Shown: positions 46,791 to 59,787 of the stretch, one piece after another | How positions within the stretch are numbered: the first letter of the stretch is position 1 | Layout of the letters: each line of letters begins with the position of its first letter | Assembly: GCA_025603075.1 (NCBI GenBank) | Contig: MU626340.1 | Location: 24,963 to 88,962 of the forward strand | Direction of reading: 5' to 3' | DNA length: 64,000 nt | Origin: Neoconidiobolus thromboides FSU 785 | Taxonomy: Eukaryota; Fungi; Entomophthoromycota | The notes under the pieces: model-generated | Told to the model about the DNA's origin: nothing | The model's database searches: none | The model's input: only the letters and a program-made list of their open reading frames with translations | Translations under genes and position numbers: made by a program

Positions 46791-48341
46791 TTAATTATTA
46801 TAGCTTACAGGAAATAAACAAAAATTCTCACCAAAGATTAATTTTAAATATTCCAGTTTTGTCAACCTTAATTTTAAACTGTTATTGTCCTTACCAAATA
46901 ATAAAATCCTCTTTGCTTCTTTCCTACTTAACAGATTGTTCCTATCAAATCCCATTGCAATGAACTCCAACACTTCGTTCGAAAACTGTCTTCCCTTTAT
47001 GCCTTTATAACAAAATAATCTCGTACCAAACAATACATTAACTGCAGCCATAGTTTTTTCATTATAAAATATAAAATTTCTTGTTAAATAAAATTGAATT
47101 TGATTATATAATTCTTCCCAATGGGGAAAATTATATTCAATAATTAATGTTTTTAGTTGATAATTATGTTTTAAATAAGGTAGTAAATTATAATAAAGGT
47201 CGCTTTCATTGACTTTGTTATTAGTTAAATCAATAGATTGGAGGGTTGACTGTGTGATGCTTTGTCTTAATATATAATTAACACCTAATTTTGATAAATT
47301 ATTATGATGAATTATTAATTGTTGTAAACCAGTATTTTGTTTCAAACCTTCAGAAATTAACTTTCCACCTTCAATACCTATCGAATTAAATGCTAAATCT
47401 AGGCTTAATAATTTAGTATTAACAGACAACATTAATTTCAATTCCTCACAAGCTGCATTTGTTATCCCATTATTTTTCAATGTTAAAAACTTTAACTTAT
47501 TATTGTTATGTAAACTATTAAACAATACTCTGACTCCTGTGTCACTTAATAAATTATCATTTAAATTCAAATTTTCCAGTTGATTATTACTATTCTGCAA
47601 ATAAATTAAAAGTAACAAATAGCTTTGTATATCTATCTTATTGCCTTCTAAGTTTAAGCTAGTGAGGGTGCTGTTGTTTTCTATTGAATTTATTAATACT
47701 CTTATACCTTCTAAGCCAATTAGACAATAAGATAAGTCTAATTCAACAATTGATGTATTAAATTTGAATAACTCGGTGATCAATTGAAAGCCATCGGTAT
47801 TAAATGAACATTCTATTAAACTGAGATAATTTAATTGAAAACTTATATTCTTAGGATAGCATTTTGAGAATACTTTACATGCTTTATAACTAAATTCACA
47901 CTTTTTAAATATTAATGTATTTAGTTTTATCTTCTCATTCTTACTTATAGCTGTCAAAAATACTTTGATCAGTTTTCCATTCAATTTACAATGTGTCAAC
48001 GTCAATTTCTTCAGATACTCAGACTTTCCAATAACTGTAAATAATTCTTTAATAAACTCGAAATTGATATTTACTTTATTTAATGTCAATTCTGTTAACT
48101 TAATTCTTTTACTCTTAATAATTAAGATTAACACTTTACTTATTGATGAAGTTAAACTACAGTTTAATGTCAATTGATTTGGTATAGTTGATATTGAATT
48201 TATATTGAGTTGATTTAATTCTAATATATCATTAGGTTGCAGAGGGTATAAATTACCTTCTTTGATAGAGACTGATATTAGATGAGCTTTATCTTTAACT
48301 GAAGTAGTGTTTAGTTTGATTAAATTGAACATGGAATTCAT
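46791..48341 (-). CDS. RNI-like leucine-rich-repeat protein
   Basis: 516-aa intronless ORF with ~28-aa repeats (LTSLNLEGNKID, LENLNLNDNLLSDTG, LLSLDLAFNSIGIEG). Confidence 0.88.
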   Translation of the reverse strand: MNSMFNLIKLNTTSVKDKAHLISVSIKEGNLYPLQPNDILELNQLNINSISTIPNQLTLNCSLTSSISKVLILIIKSKRIKLTELTLNKVNINFEFIKELFTVIGKSEYLKKLTLTHCKLNGKLIKVFLTAISKNEKIKLNTLIFKKCEFSYKACKVFSKCYPKNISFQLNYLSLIECSFNTDGFQLITELFKFNTSIVELDLSYCLIGLEGIRVLINSIENNSTLTSLNLEGNKIDIQSYLLLLIYLQNSNNQLENLNLNDNLLSDTGVRVLFNSLHNNNKLKFLTLKNNGITNAACEELKLMLSVNTKLLSLDLAFNSIGIEGGKLISEGLKQNTGLQQLIIHHNNLSKLGVNYILRQSITQSTLQSIDLTNNKVNESDLYYNLLPYLKHNYQLKTLIIEYNFPHWEELYNQIQFYLTRNFIFYNEKTMAAVNVLFGTRLFCYKGIKGRQFSNEVLEFIAMGFDRNNLLSRKEAKRILLFGKDNNSLKLRLTKLEYLKLIFGENFCLFPVSYNN

Positions 48342-48812
48342 AAGAAAGAGTTATTTTAAATTTTATTGAATTTTAAAAATAAATAATGATGACAAATTCA
48401 ACTTGTATTTATATCTTTTAGTAAATTGAGTTTAAGCTATTATTAGAGAATTACTAATTATTGATAAAATTGATTTTGATTTGACATCAATTCTATTATT
48501 CTTTTTATTTCTAAACAAAATGATATGTTCTATTAAGATGTATTAAGTCAGATATATTGCTACTATTTATCCGCTTTATTTCTAGTATTTTCATCTTATA
48601 TTGTTAATAAATTGTTGAAGCATTTTTACTTGAAACAAATTAATATTCTAATTGATTGAAAAATGGTAAAATTAAAATATAAAATAGAATTAATTAATCT
48701 TTCTATTTATCTTGATTGTTAAAATAATTCAAGGAATGATGATCTTATGACAATAAAATAGTTGAACTATTAGCATTTATCAAAATAGATTTCTAATAAA
48801 ATAAATCAATAT

Positions 48813-48905
48813 GGTGATGTTTTTTTGGTTTCATTACTTTTTCCATTTTTTAGCATTGATTTGAGTGGAAAACTGCTAGTAAAATCCCTAAAAAAATACA
48901 TCCCC
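48813..48905 (-). mobile_element. MITE copy 23
   Basis: ATAT-GGTGATG...CATCCCC-ATAT. Confidence 0.8.
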
Positions 48906-49245
48906 ATATACTTTTTTGAAGGTTTTAAAGCAGTAAACGCCAAGTTTATTAGTAAAAAAGTTTTATATTTTAATCTAATTTAATGCTTTGATAAACTTAC
49001 AAAGGTGGGTCTTTGTCTTTGTCCCTGCAAATTAAATCTATGCACAACTTAATTTCTCATATTAACTTTTTTATTTACACGCTCATAAATTAATTGGTGT
49101 TCAAATATAAACTTAGTAGTTAAATTTTTACAGGATATATGCTTAAAAAAAGGTTTATGTTATGACACTTCCTCATAAATATTGTCAATTTCACAAACAT
49201 ATAAATTAGCTTGAAATGAAAATCTAAATATACTATTATTATACT

Positions 49246-49286
49246 AATAAAATAAAATAAAATAAAATAAAATAAAATAAAATAAA
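49246..49286. repeat. (TAAAA)n microsatellite
   Basis: About 8 tandem AATAA/TAAAA units. Confidence 0.85.
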
Positions 49287-49584
49287 ACCGAATAAAATGA
49301 GATAAAATAAGATAAGGTTTAAAGTTTCTATTATAAACTTAATATACTATTATAAACTTAATACACTATTATATATTCAAATCCTTTCAAATCCAATAAT
49401 AAGAATGAAAGACATCCTATTTATTATCTACACTTCTATACTATAGAAATCAACCAATAAAATTAGAATTTTTAATCATTAAATGCATTTTTAAATATCA
49501 CATCAAGCATTTAATAAACTAGAATCCGATTTACTACTTCAGCTTTATTTATTGAAGCAAAAAGAACTCCGCAACCCGGGAATA

Positions 49585-51188
49585 ATGGAGGATGGCATAG
49601 ATGAGAATACAATCTTTTTAGGATTAAAAAAAAAACAAGATACTTTAATTAAATTTTGTGATGATAAAGAATGTGAGGTTAAAATGGTGATTGAAATTGA
49701 TAGAGTGCCTTATCTACCGAGGAGATGGAAGTGTTATTTACATGAAGAGATGAAAGAAGAGATGAAGGAGAGGGAAGAGAAGGAAGAGAAGGAAGAGAAA
49801 CAAGAGAAGGGGAAGAAAGAGGGAGAGGATAAGTTGATAATGACGTAAGCTTAAATTTGTTTTATTCTGGATGATGTTTAGTATTGGTTTTAGGAATCAA
49901 GAAGATCATTCATATAATGAATTGTAAGTTTAAACTATATCTATTTTAGAATTACAAGTTAAACTTATTTATAGTAATCAATATAAACAACCATTTAAGA
50001 ATAATAATAGTAATAAATTAGTCAACACAATTGAAAATCATTTAAGGAAATTAAAGTAAGAGAGAATAATGGATATATAAAAAACAATATTTTAACTTAA
50101 TGCTTCAAAAGAGTTAAGGAAGAAAACAAAGATTGGTATCGTTCCGAGACGTCAGATAATTTGGAAGTTGATGAAGATGATTTGGAACTAGATGAAAACA
50201 ATTTGATATTTAACGAGAAAGAAATCAGTGTGAAAAAAGATAGGTAAGATTTGTTTATTTTTGTGTTTGATAGTAATTAAATAATAATGTTAGTGATTAT
50301 GGTTCAAATAAAAGCGATAAAAGTGATAAAAGTGATAAAAGTGATAAAAGTAGTAAAAAAACAGAAGGTAAACGTAGAGGCTCCATTTTATTTTATTTAA
50401 AATATTGATATTACGTTAGATTTATTCGACTTAGATAATGAACTCCAACGTAAAAAGAATTTATTTAATTTAAATAAGATGAAAGATAGAAGTAATCGAC
50501 TTGGTACATTAATAGAGGATAAATTAGAAAATCAAATGTTATTTTTATCTAAATCATCTAGTAAAAAAATACGTCAATTTATTCGAACATTTGATTTTTC
50601 AAAAAAAGATAATGGAGATTTATTTATTTATGCATCAGAATATCATAGGTAATACTAACAATAGTCGTATAATAATATAATTGTTATATTAATTAATTAA
50701 TAATTAGTAAATATGAACAATATTTTTTATTAGGAGATCAATTAAATATAAATAACGAAAATGCATTTAATTTAATATTATGTCCAATAATTAAAAAATT
50801 AATAAACACAAATAATCAAAATCAACCAATTCAATTAAATGAATTAGTTAAAATTAAGTGTATTAGAAAAAAACTATTATTAAATTTAGTTCAATTGGAA
50901 TTAGCTACTTATATAGATAATATTGTTGAGCCAAGAGTAAGTATTATATAATATTATATTCATATTATGATAGTAATAATAAATCAATATTAATATTTTA
51001 AATAGGAAATATGTTTAGGATGTAATTCAAGTCATATATATTGGTTCCATTGTAGTAAACAAGATCTAACATATCGATATGATTTTTATCAATTAAAAGA
51101 CGATATTGAATATCCTGGATATAATTTAATAATGAAAGTAATTGAAAAGTGGAGGATGTTTATTAATGAAATCAATAAATTAATATAA
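49585..51188 (+). CDS. Hypothetical multi-exon protein (E/K-rich and DKS-repeat N-terminus)
   Basis: Several GTAAG...YAG introns (~49845, 49923, 50243, 50369, 50649, 50937) separate open exons, e.g. GDLFIYYASEYH and EICLGCNSSHIYWFHC. Start uncertain. Confidence 0.6.
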
Positions 51189-51302
51189 TTAATGATTGAT
51201 TTAAATAAATTCTATTCTATTCTATTCTATTCTGTTATATATTATACTATTGTAATATAACAATAGTATTCTATTTAAACTTAAGATTATTTTATTTTAA
51301 TA

Positions 51303-53088
51303 TTATTCAAATTTTGAAAAACACAACGAAGCATTAGTGCCGCCAAAGCCAAAAGAATTACTTAATGCTATTTTTAAATTCGCATTTTTTTGTGCTATTA
51401 AAGGTACATAATTTAAATTAAAATCCTCATTTGGTTCTCCTGGATTATGTAAATTTAACGTTGGTGGTAATATACTCTATAATAACAAATAAATAAATAT
51501 ACAATTATTCAAAAAATAAATAACAGAAATGGAAGATAAATAAAGTACAAATAAACTTACTTCATAAATTGATAATATAGTAAATATAGCTTCCACTGCT
51601 CCAGCCGCACCTAATAAATGACCAATAGCTCCTTTATTAGAAGAAACAGCCAATTTATCCAAACTATCTTGAAACACTTGTTTAATAGCAAAATTTTCAA
51701 TAGCATCACCTAACAACAAATAAGTTAACAACTCTTCCACTCACTTTAACTCTATAAAAAAACATTTACCTTTCTCCGTCGATGTTGCATGAGCATTAAT
51801 ATAATCCACTTGTGCTGCTTCAACACCTCCCGTTTCTAAAGCTCTTTTCATTGCTTTAATAGCACCCCTACCCGATTCATGAGGTGCTGTCATATGATAG
51901 GCATCCCCTGATAATCCATACCCTTTTAATTCAGCATAAATAGTAGCACCCCTTGCTTTTGCATGGGTTAATTCTTCTAATATAACAGCACCAGCACCTT
52001 CACCTATGACAAATCCATCTCGATTACTATCAAAGGGACGACTGGATTCTTTTGGAGAAGCATTGTATTTTGTTGATAAAGATTTGGCTCTAAATGAGAA
52101 GGAAAAAGAGAAAAGGGAAATTACTATTTTAAAATAAATATTTGGGGTGAATGATAATTTACCTTGAAAATCCAGCTAATGATAATTCATGAATACTGGC
52201 TTCAGTACCACCTGCTACCATAATATCTGCATCCCCATATTGTATAAAGCGAAATGCATCACCTAAAGAATGTGCCCCTGTAGTACATGCGGTAGATACA
52301 CTATGGTTTGGTCCCTATTAAGATTTTGATGAATGGTGATTTTAAATTTCTGTTTTGTAATTACTTGTAAACCAAATCGGATTGATATATGACCAGCAGC
52401 CATATTGGTTAATATCCTTGGGACATAAAATGGAGTAATTTTGCTATATTTCTAATATATCATAAATTATTATTATTATTATTATTATTATTTATAGTTA
52501 ATTTATGTAATTACATTTTGCTTTAAATTATCCCATACATTTCCAGTATCTAATAAACTACCGATTCCAGAACCGAAACAAACACCCTATTTTTTTGAGA
52601 ATTATTATTTATTTACTTGTTTAGTTATAATGAAATGAATTAAACTTACCATTCTTTCTTTTTGATCTTCAGTCAATTTATCTAATCCTGCATCTTTTAA
52701 TGCCATTGTAGCAGTAGCTATAGCATATTGTATAAACAAAGGCATGGATCTTAAATCCTATTTTATTAAAAAAAACAAAGTTCATTAAAACCTCATCTAA
52801 ATAAATCAATAATGAATTTACCCCTTTAGTCATATAATCTAACGGTATAAAAGGCTCATAACTGTAGGGATTATATTCAGAAGTTGGTACCCTTGCAGCT
52901 ACTTTAGAAGGAAAATCATATTCTGGAGTATAAGAACTTATTCCGCTTTCAGAGTTGATTAGGTTTTTAAAGCTACTCTTTCCAACTCCTAAAGGACTCA
53001 CTATCCCCATACCTGTTACTACTACTCGTCGTTGGGATGCCCTTATGTTACTTGTTATCTGTTGGTATAGTATTGAGTTAAATTTCAT
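51303..53088 (-). CDS. CEM1: Mitochondrial 3-oxoacyl-ACP synthase (FabF/OXSM type)
   Basis: [51 protein letters not shown] and [13 protein letters not shown] across many short introns. Confidence 0.93.
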
Positions 53089-53211
53089 TATTATTTTTAA
53101 AAATTTAAGAATGACGAAAATAAAAAATGATTAAAAATAAAATAGAAATTCAAGTTAATTTATTTAAAATAAAAAACCTTCAAAATGAGAGATAAAAGAG
53201 ATGGATACGCC

Positions 53212-54274
53212 TTAAAAATCAGGCTCAACACCAAGTACATCAAACAGTTCATCATATTCTAATAATTCTTCAAATTCATCATATTCCTATGAAATCAAAG
53301 TCATTAATCATCAACACTAAATCCATCTAAAAATCAAATAATTAAAAAAATATTTTACCATTTTAAATTCCCCATTAATGTAAAGTTGCGGAATATTAGT
53401 AGAACTTGGGTTTTTACGACGAATGTATAATTTAGCTTCATCATCCGCTGCTAAATCCATAAATTCATATGGAATTTTAAATCTATCTAAAGTATCAATC
53501 ATTTTATTTTGCGCTTTTTTGATCTAATTTTAAAAATACAAATAATTCTTTAATTATCATTAAATAGAATGATTAAAAAAGGAATTCACCTTCATATTCC
53601 CTGATACTGAAGAGCCATATAATTGGATTTTAACTTCTTTTTTATTATTATTTTTAGCTTCATTCTCTTCTTTTAATAACTCTAATGCTTCTTTTTCAGT
53701 TAACCCTAAAGCTTCAAAATCATCTTCTAAACTTGTTGATGCTTTCTTTTCTTCTGGTTTTGAACTTTCTTTTACTTCAGTCTTTTCTTCAGGTTTATTT
53801 TCTTCTTTTAATATTTCTTTTTCTTCTACTTTTTCTTCTACTTTTTCTTCTACCTTTTCTTCTACTTTTTCTTCTCTTTTTAAATCTTTCTTTTCTTCTA
53901 CCTTATCATCAGTTTTTAAGCCTTCTTTTGCTTCAACTTCATCAATTTTTAACTCTCCTTTTTCACCTAATACTTTTTCCGCTACCTTTATTTAAAAAGT
54001 TGTATAAGCTTCTTAATTAAAGCCAAATAATATCTTACCTCTTGGTCTAGAACTTCAGTTACGTCCTTTTAAAAAGTGAGTTAATTTAATAATAAAACTA
54101 ATAGATTAAAATAGAAAATTACTTGCTTTTTTTCAGATTCTTCTTTAACTTTGAATGAAAATAATAAATGAATTAGCTTTATGTATTTTTATTGAGATAT
54201 GTGCTCTTACCCAAACTTGGTTCTTCATGAGTTTGCTTTAATTCTTCTTTAACATTAGCGGTGTTGTCACTCAT
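53212..54274 (-). CDS. SH3BGR-like (thioredoxin-fold) protein with E/K-rich N-terminal extension
   Basis: C-terminal IQLYGSSVSGNMK|IKKAQNKMIDTLDRFKIPYEFMDLAADDEAK...PQLYINGEF; N-terminal EEKV repeats; spliced. Confidence 0.8.
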
Positions 54275-54970
54275 CTCTTTCTTTTGATAAAGTATTTGGT
54301 CTAATTTTTGAATTATTTTTAATTTAATTACTACGTTTTTGAAAGTAAACTTTAATTTCATTGGTTCGTGGTGATAGGGTCTATTTTAAAATGCAGGTTA
54401 TTAAGAATAAAATGATGTTAATGTCGTATTCTATGCTATATGTTTTAAATAGATATCAACTATGGTGACTGTTTATCGTTTTTTCGATATAAATTTGATA
54501 TTATACTACAAAAAGCTAACATTGGTTTGAACTATAAATAAACTCTACTTTTATTAGACTCTTATGACTTTATAGTTCTCATAAAAAGGAGGAAAGGGTC
54601 GTCGATAGATTCAGATGAACATTACTGACTATTTATTCAAAAAGAATACTATTATTTTATAAAGCATTATGTAGACGTAAATTTAGGCTATGTTTTGACT
54701 ACTTTAATTCAGCATTAGCCAAATTATAATACATAATTAGTGAATGTGCGTATAATTTCACCCACAATGCTTGAAACTATTTGATTTACTATCTTCCTTT
54801 GTTACCAAAGACCATGGGAATCCGTTTAGATATATTATAACTGATAGCTCAAACAATTTGAAATTGCTACTAAACTAATACTGGATGTTACTGCTAAATT
54901 TAATATAGTTTATTGCATAAAAGGATTAATTATTACTTTGCATATTTATTCATATTTTTTGTCATGATAT

Positions 54971-55066
54971 GTGGATGTATTTTTTGTTCAAGGTTTTTAC
55001 TAACAATCTTTCCGCTCAAATGACGCTTAAAAATGGAAAAGTAATGAAATCAAAAAAAACATCCTC
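54971..55066 (+). mobile_element. MITE copy 24
   Basis: ATAT-GTGGATG...CATCCTC-ATAT. Confidence 0.8.
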
Positions 55067-56050
55067 ATATTTAAAGATTTGTAATAATTTTTGTTTGTAT
55101 TTATGTCATTTATTTAAAAAAAATTGATACTAATAGTAGTATTTCCAAACTATAATATAAAAATTAACTTATCATAAGCTTAACATTTTTTTAAAGCTGT
55201 AGAAATAACTATTTCTAGTAATAAATTGAATTTTTAAATGCTAAGCAAGGCTATTAAGTTCTTTAATAGAAAAAATAATGTAAATAAAGTACTATAAGCA
55301 AATATAAAATTCAGATTAAAATGTTCTCTATTTTTTATTGATTTATTAACTTGTTTAATGCTTGATCCTATACTTTTATTCATCATATATCTAATATCAG
55401 ATCTATGTCATATTATTGTCTTTTATTAAAAAATAACTAGCATTTATTGCTAAATTTATATTAAAAAATTACTATAATTGGAAAACTATTAATAAATCAT
55501 CAAGTTATATCTAGCTTTTTAAAAACCAGATTATTATTTATAATACCTTTTATAGTAAATACTTTTTTTAATACATTTATTAATCTGCTTTTATATATTT
55601 GATATTGTCATCAATCGATTCTTTATTCCATTTTATTAATACTTGATTGAAATATTACAAATTATTTATCAGTTATTTCTACAATAATACTTTGATTTAT
55701 AGATTATTATTATTATCTTCGAATCACTGTTATAATAATCAAGGACTAGCTTAAATTGATCAATTATACTCTTTTAATAATAATAAAATCAAATTTAATT
55801 AATAATCTGAACTTACTTAATTAGTGACATCCCTTATCTAACATGGAATTTATTTATTCCATAACAAAAATACAAAATTAACAAAAAAGAAGGCCAAAAT
55901 GAAGTAATAATAATCCTATAAAAATATGAAAAAGAAGGTAAGCGAGATGATACAATATAAATGATCACAAAATAACCTGTTAAAAAATATATATATAAAA
56001 TAGACAGAAAGTGAAATCAAATGTTAAATCTTTATTTTTAAAGTTAAAAA

Positions 56051-57676
56051 ATGTTGCTAATTTTACCACTCCTACTTTATCTCCTGTCAACTTTATTCAA
56101 CCCCATTCATAGTTTTAAGATCCTACTTAACAGTGGAATGGGCGGAAAGAGTCACATAAAATCAGTATTAGAAATAGCCTTCCAATTAAAGCTCCGTGGA
56201 CATAGGATTTATTATGTAGCCCCGAAAGAAAATGAAGCGTTTATTTCTGGCTATAATTTCACTTATTTCCAAAGTGGTAGTGTATTTAATGATAAATGGA
56301 ATATCCCCTTAGCAGTAGAAAGAATTGGTGGATTTAATCAAAAAGTGGATAAATTTCGAATCATTACTACATTGATAAGTGAAATGTTACCCGCTATCTA
56401 TGAAGATTCTTTTGAGTCCTTTTTACAGATTGTTAAAGAGCTGGAACCTGATGTTTTATTATGTGATTTCTTTTCACCCGTTTGTAGAGACGTTGGAAAA
56501 ATGACAAATATTCCAATAATCAATACATTTCAACATGCGGATATGTATGGCTTACAAAGTAAGGGTGTTATTAGTAATTCATTTGGTGTCAATAAGTTAT
56601 ATTTAAGTGAGTGTAGTTTTTTTGAAAGATTACATGATATTATTTATTTGAAGATTAAAGAAAATTATTATTTATTGCCTTTAGTTAATAAAATGAAAGA
56701 ATTAAGAGTGAAATTCAAGGCTCCAAAAAGTAACAATCCTTTAGGTGATTGGGATAAAGATTTAGCTATTGCTAATACTTTTTTCCCTTACGAGCCAATA
56801 TTGCCAACATTACCTAATTTTCATATGATTGGACCTATATTTAATAAAAATTATTCATTGTTATCAGAGGAATTGGAGATGTTTTTAAATCAACATGAGA
56901 AAGTAATTTATATTGCATTTGGCTCAAATTTAAACCTTGGTAATATTATAATGAATAAATTTCTAACATTATTAATAGAAGGTTTAAATCAAAATGTTTA
57001 TAATAGTATAATAATCGGATTAGGTCGTACTAAACTTAACTTCAACTTCAACTTACCTAATTTCAATTATACTATAAATCAATTAATTAATAATCAACAT
57101 CCTAATATTAGAATATTAAATTGGGCACCACAACAATCTATATTAAAACATAATAATCTAAAATTATTTTTATCTCATTGTGGATTAGAATCTACTTTTG
57201 AAGCTTTGAATTCTAATGTTCCATTATTATGTCATCCTTTCTTTGCAGATCAACCACGTAGTTCTCAGAAAGTTCAATATTTAAATGTTGGTAATAGTTT
57301 TGATATTCATATAAATTCAATAGAAGAAGTATTAGGGATGATGAAGCAGTTATTAAATGATAATAATATTAAAAATAATTTATTAAAAATTAATCAAATT
57401 ATTAAAAATAGAATTGGCATGGAAGAATATGGTGCCAATTTAATAGAAAGTCATTTAAACTTAATTCAATTATGCAATAAAAATAGTAATTGTTATAACA
57501 ATCATTTAACTCAAATACAAGATAATATTTGGTTAGATTATTATTTAGATATTATTTTGTTTTTAACTTTACTAATCACAAGTATATTATCTCTATTCCT
57601 TTATCTTTTATATCAACTATTTTTGAAGTTTTATAGAAATAATACTTCGGTTAAATTATTGAAAAAAAATCAATAA
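56051..57676 (+). CDS. UDP-glycosyltransferase (GT1), membrane-anchored
   Basis: 541-aa intronless ORF: signal peptide, GGKSH, UGT signature WAPQQSILKH...FLSHCGLESTFEALNSNVPLLCHPFFADQ, C-terminal TM and terminal KKNQ. Confidence 0.93.
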   Translation: MLLILPLLLYLLSTLFNPIHSFKILLNSGMGGKSHIKSVLEIAFQLKLRGHRIYYVAPKENEAFISGYNFTYFQSGSVFNDKWNIPLAVERIGGFNQKVDKFRIITTLISEMLPAIYEDSFESFLQIVKELEPDVLLCDFFSPVCRDVGKMTNIPIINTFQHADMYGLQSKGVISNSFGVNKLYLSECSFFERLHDIIYLKIKENYYLLPLVNKMKELRVKFKAPKSNNPLGDWDKDLAIANTFFPYEPILPTLPNFHMIGPIFNKNYSLLSEELEMFLNQHEKVIYIAFGSNLNLGNIIMNKFLTLLIEGLNQNVYNSIIIGLGRTKLNFNFNLPNFNYTINQLINNQHPNIRILNWAPQQSILKHNNLKLFLSHCGLESTFEALNSNVPLLCHPFFADQPRSSQKVQYLNVGNSFDIHINSIEEVLGMMKQLLNDNNIKNNLLKINQIIKNRIGMEEYGANLIESHLNLIQLCNKNSNCYNNHLTQIQDNIWLDYYLDIILFLTLLITSILSLFLYLLYQLFLKFYRNNTSVKLLKKNQ

Positions 57677-57687
57677 ATTGATTTAAA

Positions 57688-57735
57688 ATATAATATAATA
57701 TAATATAATATAATATAATATGCCTACTATTTTTA

Positions 57736-57771
<36 letters not shown>
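57688..57771. repeat. (ATAAT)n and (ATT)n microsatellites
   Basis: Tandem pentamer then trimer runs just downstream of the UGT stop codon. Confidence 0.8.
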
Positions 57772-57916
57772 ATAAATATTCATTCTTTTTATTTAATCCT
57801 TTATTTTTTTAAATTAAAATATAAAATATTCAAGCTGTGTAAAAAATAAATTTAATTCAATCCAATGTTAATATCAATTAATCGTATTCACTCAATCTTA
57901 ATATTTATATTCGATC

Positions 57917-59787
57917 TTAATGTGAAGGTGGTGGTGGAGGATAATTATCATTAGGAGGTAATGTACTATTAGGTGGACCAGGTGGATATTGTTGTCCAGG
58001 ATTTTGCTATTTAAATTAAATATTAATATCGAAACATTTATTTTTTGTTATTTTTTTTAAAACTTACTTGATAAGGATAGTTATTTGGTTGTTGATAAGG
58101 AGGATAACTTTGATAATTGTTATAGCCTTGTTGTGGTGGATAGTTATTCCATTGTTGTGGTGGAGGATTATTATAACTAGGTGGTGGAGGATGATTGTAA
58201 TAATTGTTAGTAGGTGGATGATTCAAATGACTTGGTGGTTGATTATAATTATCTAAAAAAAGTAAATATATTAATATCGTTATTCTCAATAAAAAATATT
58301 AAAACTGCTTACTATATTTATTCTCCATATTGTTTTCTTTTTTAACTTGTGATTCTTCTCCTAATTCATTCATCAATTTCAAATATTCTGTATCTAATTT
58401 CATATCTCTCATTCTAGCCTTTTCTAATGCTTCTGGATCATTACGTTGCATACAATCACTAGCAGTATGTCCAACACCATTACAAATTTTACATACTAAT
58501 TTAACTGTAAAATTTTCTGTGTCTGGACATTCAAAACTACGATGTCCAGATGCCCCACAATTTTGACAAAACATACTTTCATCATCCCGAAGGGTACCAT
58601 TTAATGAAGCTAATTCTCTTAACTGTTGGCGTTTAAGTTCATTTTGGCCTTCTGGTACCGCTGCTGACTATTAATATTATTTTAATTTTAATTTGTAATC
58701 TTATTAATATCTCTACTTACCGCTGCTATAATTTCCTTAACCATTTTTAATGCTTTTTGTACTTTCTCCTCTGTATCTCCTGTAATTAAACAATGTAACT
58801 CTTCATCGATACCTGGGATAGGACCAGCATCTGTTCTTTTACCTTCTTTAACACTACCTTTACCCCTAATCGATATCTTACACCCTGTTTCCGTTTCCAT
58901 CTTCTTTAATGTATTACCTCTAGGGCCAATTAATAAACCAATGAAATTGATATCTGGATGTTCTTTTGCTGGTATAAAATATTTTTCAGCTAATTTAGAT
59001 GGTCTTCTATAATCGGCTGGTGGTTTAAAATCGGGATTATCTTTAATTGCTTGCTCTATCAATCGATGTCTTTCTTCTTCTAATTTCTTTTTATATCGTA
59101 CATCCCTAGTATTGACTCTTTGACCTAAACTATTATAAACTGGTTCAGGTGATGGAGAACGTTGCTCTTCTGGTGGGATAATATCATTTGAACGTAATTT
59201 AGCGCCTATTTCTTCCATTCTTAAAAATACTAATAAAAGGTTAATTATTATAATATAAATAATATACTATAATTTAAAAACTTCTTACCCAAATAATTCT
59301 TAACTTGTTCAGCTGTCATATTAGAAGGTAATGTAGTTGGCATACCTGGAACCACAAATTTATTATTTGGATCTCCCCAACGGGTAGTTCTCCTTTTTGG
59401 CTTACCTTCACCTGATTTTCCTAAAATTAGGTTTAATTATCAATCTTTATTTAAAATCTTTATTTAAAATCTTTACTTACCTTCACCCTTACTTGGTTCC
59501 CTATCAAACCTATTTCTTCTACCTTCCCCGTCTCTTTCTCTTTCTCTTCCCCTTTCTCTTTCTCCACCACGCTCCCTCTCTCTGTCTCTACCTCGTTCAT
59601 AATCTCGCTCATAATCCCTACCCCTCTCTCTTCCACGTTCTCTTTCTCCGCCTCTTTCTCCACCTCTTTCTCTACCTCTTTCACTTTCCCTAGCACTTTC
59701 TTTAATTGGACTACGATTACTTTCAGAATCTCCCCGACCAACTCGACGCTTACCTAAAGGGACATTGTTTGTACCTGTTATGCCCAT
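57917..59787 (-). CDS. MSL5: Branchpoint-binding protein / splicing factor 1
   Basis: [17 protein letters not shown] motif [34 protein letters not shown], two CCHC knuckles ([28 protein letters not shown]), Pro/Tyr/Asn-rich tail, RE/RD-rich N-terminus. Confidence 0.95.

Noticed and set aside
53685-54020. 111-aa Leu/Phe-rich plus-strand ORF
   Set aside because: Antisense shadow of the E/K-rich exon of the SH3BGR-like gene.
4654-58566. Other short ORFs overlapping called genes on the opposite strand or in another frame (e.g. 4654-4836, 6762-7079, 20653-20841, 35357-35587, 42648-42842, 47965-48177, 58330-58566)
   Set aside because: They lie within well-supported genes and have no motifs of their own.
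59397-59741. ORFs 59397-59693 (+) and 59460-59741 (-)
   Set aside because: Antisense or alternative-frame shadows of the RE/RD-rich first exon of MSL5.
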